A stretch of DNA of 64,000 nt. Source: Harriotta raleighana. Its lineage: Eukaryota. Made by a program: the position numbers and the translations under genes. The notes under the pieces are model-generated. The model saw only the letters and a program-made list of their open reading frames with translations, ran no database searches and was not told the origin of the DNA. Location: assembly GCA_050575255.1 (NCBI GenBank), contig JBNZDD010013704.1:6925006-6989005 (forward strand), read 5' to 3'. Positions 12,969-25,682 of the stretch are shown one piece after another. Position 1 is the stretch's first letter. Every line of letters starts with the position of its first letter.

Positions 12969-13514
12969 TCAAAATACTGCTGAAGTTGATGTTATATCAA
13001 CTGAAGGTTGTGTTCAGTTGATATAACATGGAGTAAGATAATATAGATTTGAGTCCCACTTGCAAGAAGCAAAGTGCATTAAATAAATTCAAACTTTATT
13101 GAAGTACTATACTAGGAAATATGATCCATTTTAATGAGGAAACGAGTTGAATTCAGCGACTTGATAATCAAACATTGAGCTGACAACAGATGTCAGTGAA
13201 GGATTTCTATAATGCATAAATGAGTTCAAAACATACGCCCAGGAAGAAACAGCAGGGAATAAAAACAAAATAAACTTGCATGAGTCAAAGGAATAAAAAA
13301 AGTACAAAAGCTCAGAAAAGTACACCAACAAAAAACAGCTGTTAAACTATACCTTTACAGGAAAGAATAAATAGACCAGTAAAATACATCCTTTTCCTTT
13401 CATGGAAGTGTCAAGTATCTTCATCTTTCTTTATTATTTAATTCACATCCATGTTAACAGGTTTGTTCTTTGAGAGATGAATCATTACATCATTTACAAC
13501 CTTTATAATTTAGC

Positions 13515-13925
13515 TGAAGTATTGTGTCCAATTCTGGGCACTACCCTTTAGGAAGGATATCAAGGTTTGGAGAGGTTGCAGAGAAGATTTATGAAAACAA
13601 TACAAGGGATGAGAGAGTTTAGTTATGTGGAGAGAGAATAGAGAAGCTGGGGTTGTTCTCCTTAGAATCGAGCAGGTTAAGGGGAGATTTAATAGAGATG
13701 TTCAAAATCCTCAATATTATTTACCATATGTGGGACATGATTAACAGCAGTTTTTCAGTGTTTCAGTGTCCGTGCATTATTTGGTATTCACTTATTTCTA
13801 GGTGCATTAAAATATCAGGATTATCTTCTTTTGCTTTCTATAAAACTACTTGCTTCGGGAGCTGGTGCAGATTCAATCAGCCAAATGGCCTTTTTTTTCC
13901 GCTGTAACTATCTGTGACTCTATGC
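13515..13925 (+). mobile_element. CR1 ORF2 3' fragments
   Basis: YCVQFW / [19 protein letters not shown] motifs (13515-13712) and a degenerate tail at ~13860-13925. Confidence 0.8.
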
Positions 13926-14411
13926 CCCACGTTAATAAGATCTTATCCTCCAAAAGATGGCTTGATCCATTATTACCACCCCCATTCAGCAAAAACAAAT
14001 TCCACTGGGGGTGAGTGGGAGGAAAGTTGCCAACATCACAATCAGTTAAGCTTTTTACATAAGTTGATACTGTAGTTTTATAAGGAGTAGGGGTGGGTTA
14101 TCAAATGTTCTAGTAAATTGACACCCATGCTAAGGTATTAAATAAACTGCAATAATTATGCCTTGAATATTATGTATTATGTTTGTCTCCTTTCCTGCAG
14201 ACAAGCAAATAATGAAAATCATTAAAAATCCTGTTTGTTAATTATAAGCTTTGGACTTGAGCCTGTCTCAGCGTGAACAGAGGACTTAGGATGCCATAAA
14301 CCCTGACTCTCCCAAAATATGTTCATTGGCATAGAATATGTCTTGAATGTAGAAAAGATGATCATTTAAATTCCTCTTGCAGAGGTGGGATAATGTTTAT
14401 GCAGTGTGTTT

Positions 14412-14915
14412 TATGTCAACTTACTCAGTTGGTAGCATCCTTACCTCTAAGTCAGCGCCTTGGGACGTCCTCCCGACATGAAAGGTGCTCTATAAATGTA
14501 ATTTTGTTGTTGTTGTTAAGTCAGGTGGTTGTAAAGACCATGGGGACACTTGAACTCACAGACTGTGTTGACACGACAAAGTGCAGGGGTCTTATTTCAT
14601 TATTTATGGTGCTATCCTTCAGATGATTCATTAAACCAAGATCACACCTGGCTCTTCAGGTGAACATTAAAGATGCCATACACCCCTTAAAAAGAAAGGA
14701 GTGAATTTCTCCTGCTGTCCTGGCCAATAATCCTCCAGATAAAATTGGTTATTCACTTCACAGCTATTTGTAGGACATTGCTGTGCATAGATTAGGCTGG
14801 AGGGATCACCGACAAACACATAGTCACTAGACGTTCAGTATATCATTACTCTGTCCTGTAAAACGCTGTTTCGACGATGTGAAAGGCGCTATACCAAATG
14901 TAAGGATGATTATAA
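14412..14915 (+). mobile_element. Old DeuSINE with an L2-type 3' tail inserted at ~14455-14517
   Basis: Head CTCAGTTGGTAGCATCC and Deu-like body. The insert is flanked by duplicated TAAGTCAG. Confidence 0.75.
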
Positions 14916-15404
14916 TAACATGATCTGTTGCAGCCCTTACTATCACTGACAGAAGAGAGAGCTGGCCTGAACCGGGAGAAATAGTTAGTACAGTATAAAT
15001 CCACATGAACATGAATTCTGGGCGATTGATAAGTGTGAGCCCATAGTAGCGATTTCCATGTGACAAACAAGGTAAAGTGAGTGATGCACAGAAACCGTCA
15101 AGAGATGAGAACATTGTCATAAATTCAGTGATGAGCCAAATGTATGTATGTATCAGCCCTGAATGTACAAGTGTTGAGAGATAAGAATATTTCTGGAAAA
15201 TGTGGAGACAGGAGACCACAAATGTCAAAGGTGACAGAAGAAAACAAGGTTCTGAAAGGGAAGCACTTAAAGCTGAGGTGAGATCATTACTCAAAAGTTG
15301 AGATCATTGCACAGAAATGTAGTCAAAAGACAGGATTATATAGAATAGATGGGATCAGACTCAGCAGATAGCAGAGTAATACAGTGCAATATTATTACTG
15401 TACT

Positions 15405-15612
15405 AATAAAAATAATAATAAAAATAATAATCCTTGCATTTGATAAGGGGCCTTAGCATGTTGTTGAGATGTTACAAACATAATAATGATAATAATAATC
15501 CTTGCATTTGATATGGGGCCTTATAATGTTGTTGAGACATTTCAAAGATATTAATAATAATCCTTGCATTTCATACTGTGCCTTCAAGTCGGGAGGTTGT
15601 CTCAAACCACTT
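15405..15612 (-). repeat. Tandem triplication of the SINE 3' tail (~65-bp unit)
   Basis: Three AATAATAATCCTTGCATTT starts. The first two share GGGGCCTT...ATGTTGTTGAGA. Confidence 0.85.
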
Positions 15613-15639
15613 TCTAGTATTCTGTGGTTCTTTCTTTAT

Positions 15640-15970
15640 CAACAATAAAAAAAAATTTGTAGAGCGCTTTCCACATTGGGAGGACGTCCCAGGAGTCAGG
15701 GAGATGATGGAGCCTAGTGAGGACTGGATGAAAGCAGTCAAATTTATAATAGCCACGGGTCAGGACTCGAGAATGGAGGGATAGGGGGGAACAGGATTGG
15801 GATGAGGGAGGTCTGAGAGGAAGGCAGTTGAAGGCATGGTCGAAAAGGAGTGTCTTGAGACTGGCCTTGAAGGAGGCAAGGGAGGGAGCAAGGTGAAGGG
15901 ATTGTGGAATAGAGTTCCAAAGCCTGTGGGGTGAGGCCGTGGCAGAGACGGGCAGAGGGGGTGGAAGGCA
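15640..15970 (-). mobile_element. L2 3' fragment containing a 55-bp inverted-duplication insert
   Basis: Encodes LWNSIPQSLHLAPSLASFKASLKTLLFDHAF. Confidence 0.85.
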
Positions 15971-16204
15971 GTGCTGGTCATGGCATAGTTTGGGGGAAAA
16001 AGACAGTTCAAGGTCAAACAAGCACCCAGTTTCCTGACTGGCTCAGGAATGTCTAGGCTCTCTAGAATCACCAACATCCTAGTCATTTGATATTTCAAAA
16101 ATTTGACTGCTTTCATCCAGTCCTCACTCGGCTCCACCATCTCCCTGACTCCTAGGCGATTGATTTCAAGTACCTCAACCTGACCAACAAATCTCTACAC
16201 ATTT

Positions 16205-17085
16205 TTGCTTCTCCCTATCTCTGCCCTATTGCAGCCTCTCTCTCCTCCTCTTCTCAGTAAATTGATGTGTTCCTCGCTCTCTCCATTTTCCAATTGGCAG
16301 CCTTGCCTTCTATACTCAATTCTTCTTCTTCCCTATCTCCCTTTCCCCCCTTCACTCCCTCTTCCCTCTTGCCCCCCTTTCTCCCCATTTCTCCCTGATT
16401 TTACCCTCCACCCACCTTTCCCTCCCTCTTCCCCCTTGCCACCATTTCTCCCTCCTTGTCCTCCCTGATTTCCCACTTGTCCCCCTTTCTCCCCCCATTT
16501 TCCTCCCTGATTTTACCCCACCAGCTTTTCCCTCCATCTCCCCCCTTGCCATCTTTTCCCTCTTTCTCCCCCGGCTCCATTTCTGTGTCTGTTTGTGGGA
16601 CACTGCTGTGCGCAATTTGGCTGCCGCATTTCACCCCCAAATTTACATCTGGTTTTCCTGCTCTCTTCCCCCTACCCCGAACCCTCGCCTTACCCTCTTT
16701 CCCCCTTTCATCCCTGGCCCCCTCACTTCCACGACTGTTTGTTGGACACTGCTGTGCACAATTCGGCTGCCGCATTTCACCCACAAATATACAGTCAATT
16801 TTCCTACGCCTTCCCACTACCACGACCCCTCCTCCCCTGCTCTAAGACACCATTCAGTGTGGAGGGCGCTATATAAATTGAAGTTGTTGTTGTTGTTGCT
16901 CTGGCTCCTACCCCTTTCCCCCCTTTCTTCCCCCTTTTTTCTCCCTACCCCGACCCCCACCCCACCCCCCCACCTGCTCTGGTCCCTACCTTGGGACGTT
17001 GTCGTATTCTGTAAAGCGCTTTGGGACGTCGATAAGATGTGGAAAGAGCTATATAAATCTAAGTATTATGATTATTATTATTATT
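16205..17085 (+). mobile_element. Pyrimidine-rich tract with duplicated Deu segments and SINE/L2 tails
   Basis: Two GGACACTGCTGTG...GGCTGCCGCATTTCACCC copies (~16590 and ~16735), C/T-rich linkers, and tails ending (TTG)n and (TTA)n. Confidence 0.75.
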
Positions 17086-17899
17086 GTTCTTTGGATCTCT
17101 CTTCCTAAATCCCTTTACTTTGTGGCCTCTCTATCTTCCTAACTCTTCAACTGTGTCAACAGTTACGTCCCTCCTTCCCTCAACCCATGTCTTGAGGAAT
17201 AAGCTAGAGTGAGGAAGTGTCGAGATTTGGGTTCAATTCAGTGAGAACACAGGGGAGAGAAAAGAATTCAGGTGATATGTACTGTATTTCAAGCTTGGAA
17301 GGAACATGTGAGGAAAATACAAAGAGCAATATGCTGTATTGATAACATAGAGTGAGTTGGGAAAGATTGACATAGAAAGAGAAGCAATATGAAGGCTAGA
17401 CAAAACAATCGAGGAAGGATCTTATTATAACAATAATAATAATTCCTGTGCAGGAGTTCAAGAGAAGCGCTGGATAAACTGCCTCAGATATGGGAGCAGT
17501 ATTCATATCCGAGGCAAAATAAATGTTTGACACAACAGATAAATTGAATTTACCACCGACTATAACCAGCATGTCAGAAATTCGTGATGAAGAGGATTGC
17601 AGAATATATTTACTCTAGTTCCTCAAAAATTGCAAATGCAGAGCATTGTGTCCCAGTTTAAGACATCATTGTGTAATAAAACCTGTTTTGATAATGAAGT
17701 AAGTATTCATTGTGGGAACATGTAAAAACAGGAGAGGCTACTCAGCCCATCAAGTATGTTCTACGCCTTCTAAAATGAAAGACGCTTTATAATTATAATT
17801 TGTTGTTGTTATTAGATTTTGGCAGATCTTTTAATCCCGATGCCCATAAACTATACTTCTAATACCTAAATATCTGTGTGTCTTTTGTTTATGTATATG

Positions 17900-18155
17900 T
17901 GTGTTTCGAATTCAGGCAGGTCAGTGTGAAACCTTGGGCAAGTTTCCTTACTCCACACACCTAATAGTAATCCGTCAAAAAAAACACAAAAATAAAAATC
18001 GGTCACTTCAATCCACGACTGTTTGTGGGACACTGCTGTGCACAATTGGCTGCTGCGTTTCACCCACAAATATATAGTCAATTCACTTTATAGTTTCTTC
18101 TGTGAAGCACTTTGAGACGTCGCTGAGATGTGAAAAGTGTTATATCAAATGCAAT
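17900..18155 (+). mobile_element. tRNA/CORE/Deu-type SINE, 5'-truncated
   Basis: TTCGAATTC B-box remnant, CCTTGGGCAAGTTTCCTTACTCCAC and Deu-like body. Confidence 0.9.
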
Positions 18156-18359
18156 AGACTGGCAATATATTCTAGAGCAGCAAATTATAATCTCAGTTTT
18201 GCTCTCAATGTGTGAGCATAATAAATTATATTAGATAGTTGCTTAGCAGTTAAAAAGAAACTACGTATGTTAGAAATTGATGTTACAGACATAATTCACT
18301 CCTGTGGTAACAATCATTAACTAACACCTCAAAATAGTTCCATGCTGCATTCTCCAAAC

Positions 18360-19097
18360 GAAAGTCTAGGTCTCTTGTTTGATCCTTACTGTCTTTCCTC
18401 CCCCACACCCAAACCATGACCTGCTCTGCCTTCCCTCACTTCCGCAATATTGCCCAACTCCACCACTACCTCTCACCTCAGGCCGCTGAAACCCTCATTT
18501 ATGACTTCATCTCATCTAGGCTCAACTAGGCCATCGCCTGCTTGTTGGCCTTCCCAATTCTTCCCTCTATAGGCTGCAGATAATCCAGAACTCTGCAGTC
18601 CATGCCCTCTACCACTCCGAGCTCCGTGACCTCATCTCCTCCATGCCCGCCTGACTCCTTTGGCTCCCCACCACCCAGAAGATTCAATTCAAGATCCTGG
18701 TCCGCATCTTCAAAGACCTCCAATGCCCCTTCCCACCCTACCTCTGTGACCTCCTAACCCTCTAACAGCCTCCCCGGCCCCTCCACTCAGCAGACTCTGG
18801 GCTGCTCCACGTTCCCCGACCCATCCATCTCACCATCGGCGGCGAGCCTTCAGCCACTCTGCCTGTAACCTCTGGAATTCCATCCTGTAGTCTTTCTGCC
18901 ACACCCTCTTCCTAGCCTCCTACAAGTCCCGCTTCAAGACCCTCCTTTTCAATTATCCCATCGGTCACCCTAATTCCCCCCTTTCTCTCCATCCTCCCCA
19001 GCTCGGGTCTGAAACATTGACTGGCCAGCACCTTGGGACGTCCTCCCGATATGAAAGGCGCTATGCAGTACAAGTGTAATTTTGTTGTTGTTGTTGT
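18360..19097 (+). mobile_element. L2 LINE 3' fragment
   Basis: AETLIYDFISSRL / LQIIQNSA / FKILV motifs. Tail GAAAGGCGCTAT...(TTG)n. Confidence 0.9.
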
Positions 19098-19354
19098 AAT
19101 ACAGCTTTCTGGGACAGAACATCTTCACAACCATGTGAACCATGCTTATTCATGAATAATGATCATTCTCTTAGCTCATTACTCCAAAACCAATGTATCT
19201 ACTAGTTGAATCTTGCTAGAAGTGTGACTTCTTGAAGAAAAATGAAGTTTTATCCAAACATTTAATCATTTCATTATTGAGTGTGATTCAACATTGTGAA
19301 TCATGCTTTGCTGGGTTCATTTCACATGTGTAAAAGATTTTAAATGTTGATTCA

Positions 19355-19915
19355 CGGAGTTAGCTTGGCTGAGTCGATAACAATCTTGAATGTGGTTGAA
19401 AAGGTTGTGAGTTCAGGCTCTATATCAGAACGTGAGTTGCTTGACTGGGCTCACACTCTGGTGCAGTTCCGTTGTTGTGAGAGGTGCCATTACTGTATGT
19501 AGATGAGATGTTAAGCCAACTTTTTGTTTGCCTATGACCAGTTTTGCATTTAATAGATCCAGCTGCCTCCACTTGCTCTGAATCTATGATGGTGACAGCC
19601 TGCTCATTGAGTAGCAATCCTGTTTCTGAATCAAAAGTTTGTAGGTTCAACTAGCTTGTGTCCAGGCTGACACTTTAGTGTAGATCTGAGGATGCCCTGG
19701 AATGTTGGAGGTGCTGTCCTTTGGATGATATGTTCAGTCTAGTTCAGGTGGATGCAAAAGATCTCGTGTATTATGGCTGTCCTGTTGCAAATTGGCTGCC
19801 GAGTTCACCTACAAAATATACAGTCCCTACACTTTTGCAGTAAATCCTGTGAAGTACTTTGAGACATTTCAATTAATGGATAAGGTGCTTTATCAAATGC
19901 AAGAATTGCTATTAT
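19355..19915 (+). mobile_element. Old DeuSINE with internally duplicated 5' part
   Basis: Head/GAGGTGC(C/T) segments repeated at ~19360-19560 and ~19600-19770, then ATTGGCTGCC and tail. Confidence 0.6.
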
Positions 19916-20557
19916 TCTTTGTGACTGATGATAGTTTAAAAAAATCACTACACTTAACAGCATCTGTTTGTGAAGTGTTGTGAGATATTTTAACATGATA
20001 AGCCACTTTAAGTTGAAAGCTCCTTCATTCTTTACTGGACAAAGGCCCAAGGAATTGTGAACTTTCCACAACAGCAAATAAAACCATTTTACATTGAATT
20101 CATTGTAAGACTACGAAGATTTTTCTTTCTAAGCCAACACATTTTTTGAGTGGGGATTTTCTTTAAAAAACTTCACAATTGACACCAATAACTTGTGAAG
20201 AGCTTTGAGATGTATTGACGGAGTCTGGCATAAATATTCCCAATCAATAATTGTGCCAGACTGCAGTTTTACCTTCTGATTGATACAGTTACCAGTCCAG
20301 CAAACCTTTTCCTCATATTCAATATCTTCAATACCTCTGCAAAACATAACAATAAATAACAATCCTTGCCATTTGATTTAGTGCCTTTCACATCTAATGG
20401 ATGGATGGTGCAAAGTGCACACAGCAATGCCCCTCAAACAAACAGGAAGTAAATGACTAATTCTATCTGTAGGATAGTTGGCCTGTACAACAGAATAAAC
20501 TCTCTTCTCAACGTTTGACCCACCATTCCTTTCCTAGTAAACATGCATTGGTCAAAA

Positions 20558-21100
20558 CAACAACAACTTTGATTGATATAGTGCCCTCCACACCGGGTGT
20601 CTCAGGGCATTTCACAATAACAGATCCCGAGCCTGAACCGGGGGAGAGCGAAAAAGATAACCGAAGGCGCGGTTGAAAAGAAAGGTCTATAGCGAAGACC
20701 TGAAACTAGGAAGAGAGAGGGCAAGGTGAAAAGAGTGAGGAAGAGAGTTCCAGAGCTTCGTGGCATAGTGANATTCCTTTCCTAGTAAACATGCATTGGT
20801 CAAAACAACAACAACTTTGATTTATATAGTGCCCTCCACACCGGGTGTCTCAGGGCACTTCACAATAACAGATCCCGAGCCCGAGCCAGGGGGAGAGTGA
20901 AAAAGGTAACCGAAGGCGCAGTCGAAAAGAAAGGTCTAAAGCGAAGACCTGAAACTAGGAAGAGAGAGGGTGAGGTGAAAAGAGTGAGGAAGAGAGTTCC
21001 AGAGCTTCGTGGCATAGTGACTGAAGGCACGGCCGCCGATAGTGGAGCGGAGGATTTGGGTGACAAGGAAGAGATCAAAACCGGAGGAGCAAAGGCAACG
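20558..21100 (-). mobile_element. L2 3' fragment of a second subfamily, partly duplicated across an N junction
   Basis: (CAA)n tail, ATAGTGCCCTCCACACCGG and GAGTTCCAGAGCTTCGTGGCATAGTGACTGAAGGC. Confidence 0.8.
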
Positions 21101-22199
21101 GGTGCTGTTTTGCACAGCTTGGTTGGTTCAGATGTTTACGCAAATTAACTAGACATTTACTCNCACGGCCGCCGATAGTGGAGCGGAGGATTTGGGTGAC
21201 AAGGAGGAGACCAAAACCGGAGGAGCAAAGGCAACGGGTGATGCAAATTAACTAGACATTTACTTACAAATAAAGNGCAAATTAACTAGACATTTACTCA
21301 CAAATAAAGTCACTAAACCCTAGTAAAATCCTGTGAAGTACTTTGAGATGTCTCGACACATGATAAGACATTATACTAAATGCAAGGAATATTATTATTA
21401 TAATTCCTGGCATTACAACAGTAAACTGAACACACATCCTGTGCTCTACCCTAGGTTTGCTAACAATGGGAACAATAAATTATCCATAAATTATTTGCAG
21501 AAACTGTTAGATGAAACAGTATTTCAGCGGGAAAATACAGGCTACAGGTTCCGAACAGTTGGCAAAGCTGTCTAAAGTTTCTGTTTGTAAAATTGAATAG
21601 CTTCCTCTTTAAAACCGTTTTGTTGTTGTTGTAGGCATGCTTCCACTCCCTCATGTTCATTAATCACATGTTTGTGACAGTGTTTGGATTTCCATTCATT
21701 TGTAGGTATAACTTGATGTATGTAAGTGTCAGATTTAGTTTTAGATTAAGCAAATATCAGATTGAGTGAATGTTATTGGCATAGATCTTAATCATTCCAG
21801 TTTTCATGAAACGCCCCTGTAATTTTAAATTTCAGCAAATTTTAATCCCACTTTCTTCCTACAATTTATCTTCCAACAGAGCTCCCAAGCCGTCCCTCTT
21901 GCCTGTGGTTTGAGGCAGAATCCATATCATCTTCTTTGAGGGAATTAGATCTGAAAAGGAGGAATAAAAAAAGAAGAGTCTATGAAAAGGCAGGAGAATG
22001 GAAGTAAACAGATTGCTCTTTCACATGGATAACAAGCACAATGGGCTAAATGGCTTCCTTGTTTGCTATGTATTTCTATGATTTATTAAGCAAATATTAC
22101 CAGTACCACAAAGTAGTTGTTAAGTAGTGTACTGATGAGAGGATGGATTTGGGACGTCGATGTGGAAAGCGCTATATAAATCTAAGTATTATTATTATT

Positions 22200-22550
22200 A
22201 TTTAGTGATTGTAGCACTCTCCTTGCAAGAGAGAGAACCAGCATTTCATTCCAGGGCAAGGCAAAACATTGGACACGTTTCCTTACTTAACACTGATTAT
22301 CTAGCAGTCAGTAGGAACCCAGTTGTATGCTTTTCTGGGGTTAATATAGTAATCCCTTTTTAAAAATGATTTGGTTACACAAATCCACAAATGTTTGTGG
22401 GACACTGTTGTGTGTAATTTGCTGCCATGTTACACCCACAAAATATAGAGTCAATTCACTTTATAGTATATTCTGTGAAATGCTTTGAGACATCTCAAGA
22501 ACCTGATAATGCGGTTTAACAAATCCAAGAATTATTATTATTATTATTAA
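22200..22550 (+). mobile_element. tRNA/CORE/Deu-type SINE, diverged
   Basis: AGTAGGAACCCAGTTG, TGTTTGTGGGACACTG and a (TTA)n tail. Confidence 0.8.
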
Positions 22551-24369
22551 AATATAATACAGATTATACAATAATCCTCGCATTTATTTTTCTGATTTAT
22601 CACATCAAAACATCTCAAAGTGCTTCTTGGTAGTTTCTGTGAAGGGTAGTGTACTTGTAGGCAAGTCAGCATCCAATTTACATACAGCTACGTGTCACAA
22701 ACAGGCAAGAGGTGAATATCTGATTCAATTGAAGGAATGTTGAACAGAACACAGGGAAAAACTTCCTTCTCTTTTTGAATATGGTTCTTACCATCTACCT
22801 AACATCTTGTCTGAAGGACAAAACCTCCGTCAAGGATTCCCCCAAACCCAACACAAGACAGCCGTGGAAGCAAGTCTCACATTGAAGCAGTTTATTCTGG
22901 ATAAAGCAATCCAGTTGATGTTTTTTTTTAGTTTGTTTCTTGCCAATTATCAACTGAGCAGATTGAGGCCATGTCCTTCTGATCTTTGCCAGAAAAATAA
23001 AATATAATTTACTGTGTTTCAGGAATGTCCTTTTCCCCATCCCAACAACTGACTAAACAAGCTACAAATTATTTCAAAGAACCCAGTGCCCAAGATGCAT
23101 AAAGAGTGTTGTAACCAAAGGATAACACTTCTACAGGGTGGCTCCTGTTGTGAAACAGAACAACTGAAACGATGTGTAACCACTGAAATTGTTTAATGAT
23201 AAATTGCCACTGTCAAATGAATAGGACATGCTGACTATTGTTTTAAATGGCAGTTGGATTTACTTGCTTTTCCCTTATGTACAATAATAATGTGTACAAT
23301 GGACTAGAGAATGATTCCAAGAATAATAAGTGATAACTCTAAAGGCAATTCATCTGACACAGATGTTCTCCCCTCCCCCCATCCCACACCCAACAGTGTT
23401 CACAGAGAACCATGAAGTACACTGTTGTATGTGCTGAAAAAAATGCAGGTTCTTTGTGTAACAAAAACATCAGCAACAACTTGTATTAATGAAGCTCCCT
23501 TCACCCCGGATGGTGTCTCAGTGCACTTATGTCAATCCTGCTCTCAAATAAAGAATACTGACTCAGATGATAGGCGAGCAGAGATTCATGAGTATGCAGA
23601 TGTGGGCAGTGGACATTCACTAAATGTTTTACAGAACCTGCTCTTCCGACAAATCTCATTAGGTTTATCTCATATTAATCTTATCTGACTTCTTTCTGTC
23701 CGTATCCCCAACTTCTCCAGATTTGTTTCAAATTTGTGCACATCTGATTTACATCATTTGCTAGTGCTCCCAATTGGTCAGGAGTTGGCTACCTTTGGTA
23801 TGACTATAACTTTCTTCTTTTCCACCAGGGTGGATTTCAATATTATCTCTGATATTATTTAATAGGCTACGCTTTTCGTTTCCTCAACCAACTGAAAGAT
23901 CTGTTACATCTCACCTCAATGGGTGTGGGGGGGAAGAGCAAATTTATTAATGTATAGAGAATATTGTTCATTCAGAAAATTGGCAAAATTAAATATTGAG
24001 GTAAAATTGGTGGGGGTTATTAACTTGTTCATTACAACAAGAAACGAGAGTGAGGTGCACTGGTAATTTGTTCCTTAAATAGCACTCATAGAATACTCTT
24101 CCCCCACCCACCCAGTGACATAACCTCTACTCCCAAGCACTCTGCTCTTCCTGATCATCTGACATTGATTGGTTTAAAAGAAATCTACAGCTTCATTTAT
24201 CACTAAGTTAATGGCATTGTCTGCAGAAACACATGTTGATTTATTACTCTCTTTAAAGGAGAAAAATCAAGAGAGCGAATGTTTATTTGTTTTACCACTT
24301 GAAAATCAAAATCATAAATTAAATGCTTGTGTTTGCACGTCATTATAAAACTCACACAAAAGTTTTAGC

Positions 24370-24678
24370 AATAATAATAATCCTTATATTTAATATAGCA
24401 CTTTTCACATCTAGATGTTTCAAAGTGATTTACAGAATATACTGTAAAGTGAATTGACTGTATGTTTGCAGGAGAAAATGGCAGCCAATTCCACACAACA
24501 GTGTCCCACAAACAGTCGTGGATTGAAATGACCAATTTATTATTGTTCTTTTCTCTTGATGGATTATTATCAAGTGTGTGGAGTAAGGAAACTTTTCCAA
24601 GGTTTTGCTCTGCCTGGAATCGAATCCAAATCTCTTGCTTGTAAGGCGAGTGCTCTAACCACCGATCTACAGGACTCC
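24370..24678 (-). mobile_element. Full-length tRNA/CORE/Deu-type SINE
   Basis: Tail through to head GTGCTCTAACCACCGATCTACAGGACTCC. Confidence 0.9.
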
Positions 24679-25021
24679 AAAACCCTTATTGACACAACCA
24701 AACCTTCCACTCTTTTGATTTTACCCACAAAATGTACGTTTTAATTTTTAAAATGTTCAGTTAATTCAGTCAGTGCACACAGTGATACAATACATGCAAT
24801 TGCACCTTCATGTTATTTCACTTATATCTGGAGTCTACCAGTAATGCCTTTCTCTGTGAATAAGATCGATAGCTATGAAGAGGTAACCATAGTTTCTGAT
24901 TTCCTGAACAGATTCGCTCTGCACCTGCTAGTAACACAAATCTAATGGTGGGCCACACTCACACTCCATATGGAATAAAAATTGAAGTCATAACAAATCT
25001 GATCCTACTCTTTGCTTTTAA

Positions 25022-25400
25022 GGTGTCAGCCTAACTCAGTTGGTAGCATGCTCGCTTCTGCGTCAGTAGCACGTTGGGACATCGAGCTCATAGTCTGACT
25101 CTAGGCTGACAATTCAATGCAGAGCTGGGAAAGCGCTGCATTATCAGAGGTGTTGTCCTTTGGGTGAGACATTAAATCAAGGTCCCGATAGCTTGTTTAA
25201 TTAGATGTTAAAAATTCCTTAGCACTATTTGGGAAGAGAACAGTTTCCCCTGGTGTTTTGACAACAACGAGCCAGATAACATTGCTTGTTCAATTTGTAA
25301 CTGTTAATGGTACATCTCTGTGTGCAAATAAGATGCTGCAATACTTGCAGATTCAGTCGCTACATTTTGCGAATGGGATGTTATGAATTGTTCTGATAAT
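25022..25400 (+). mobile_element. Old DeuSINE
   Basis: GTGTCAGCCTAACTCAGTTGGTAGCA head and GCTGCATTATCAGAGGTGTTGTCCTTTGGGTGAGAC. Confidence 0.75.
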
Positions 25401-25539
25401 GCAAAGTGTATTTATTAGTGATATATTAATATTGAACACAATTGAGGGCAAAAAATTACACCTCTAGAACTGGCAATTCGGATCATATTGTTCAAAGCCC
25501 AAAGATTAGTAGATAAACTTATTTTTAACCTAGAGTTGG

Positions 25540-25682
25540 AGGAAGGAAAAGTGAGTCAGTTCTGACGAAGGGCCGAAACGTTGACTAATTTTTCCTTTCT
25601 CCATAGATGCTGACTGATCTGCTGAGTGTTTCCAGAGATTTCTGTTTGTGTTTCAGATTTCCAGCATCTGCAGTATTTTTTG
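25540..25682 (+). mobile_element. Penelope-like terminal fragment with hammerhead core
   Basis: CTGACGA-AGGGCC-GAAA-CG-TT, then GATGCTGACTGATCTGCTGAG...CCAGCATCTGCAG. Flanked by direct repeat TTTAACCTAG(A/T)GTTG. Confidence 0.75.

Noticed and set aside
15405-15612. CRISPR-like or novel repeat array
   Set aside because: Units are tandem SINE tails with related spacers in a eukaryotic context.
16205-17108. Long ORFs (up to 171 aa) on both strands
   Set aside because: Low-complexity C/T tract plus SINE pieces; stop-poor by composition.
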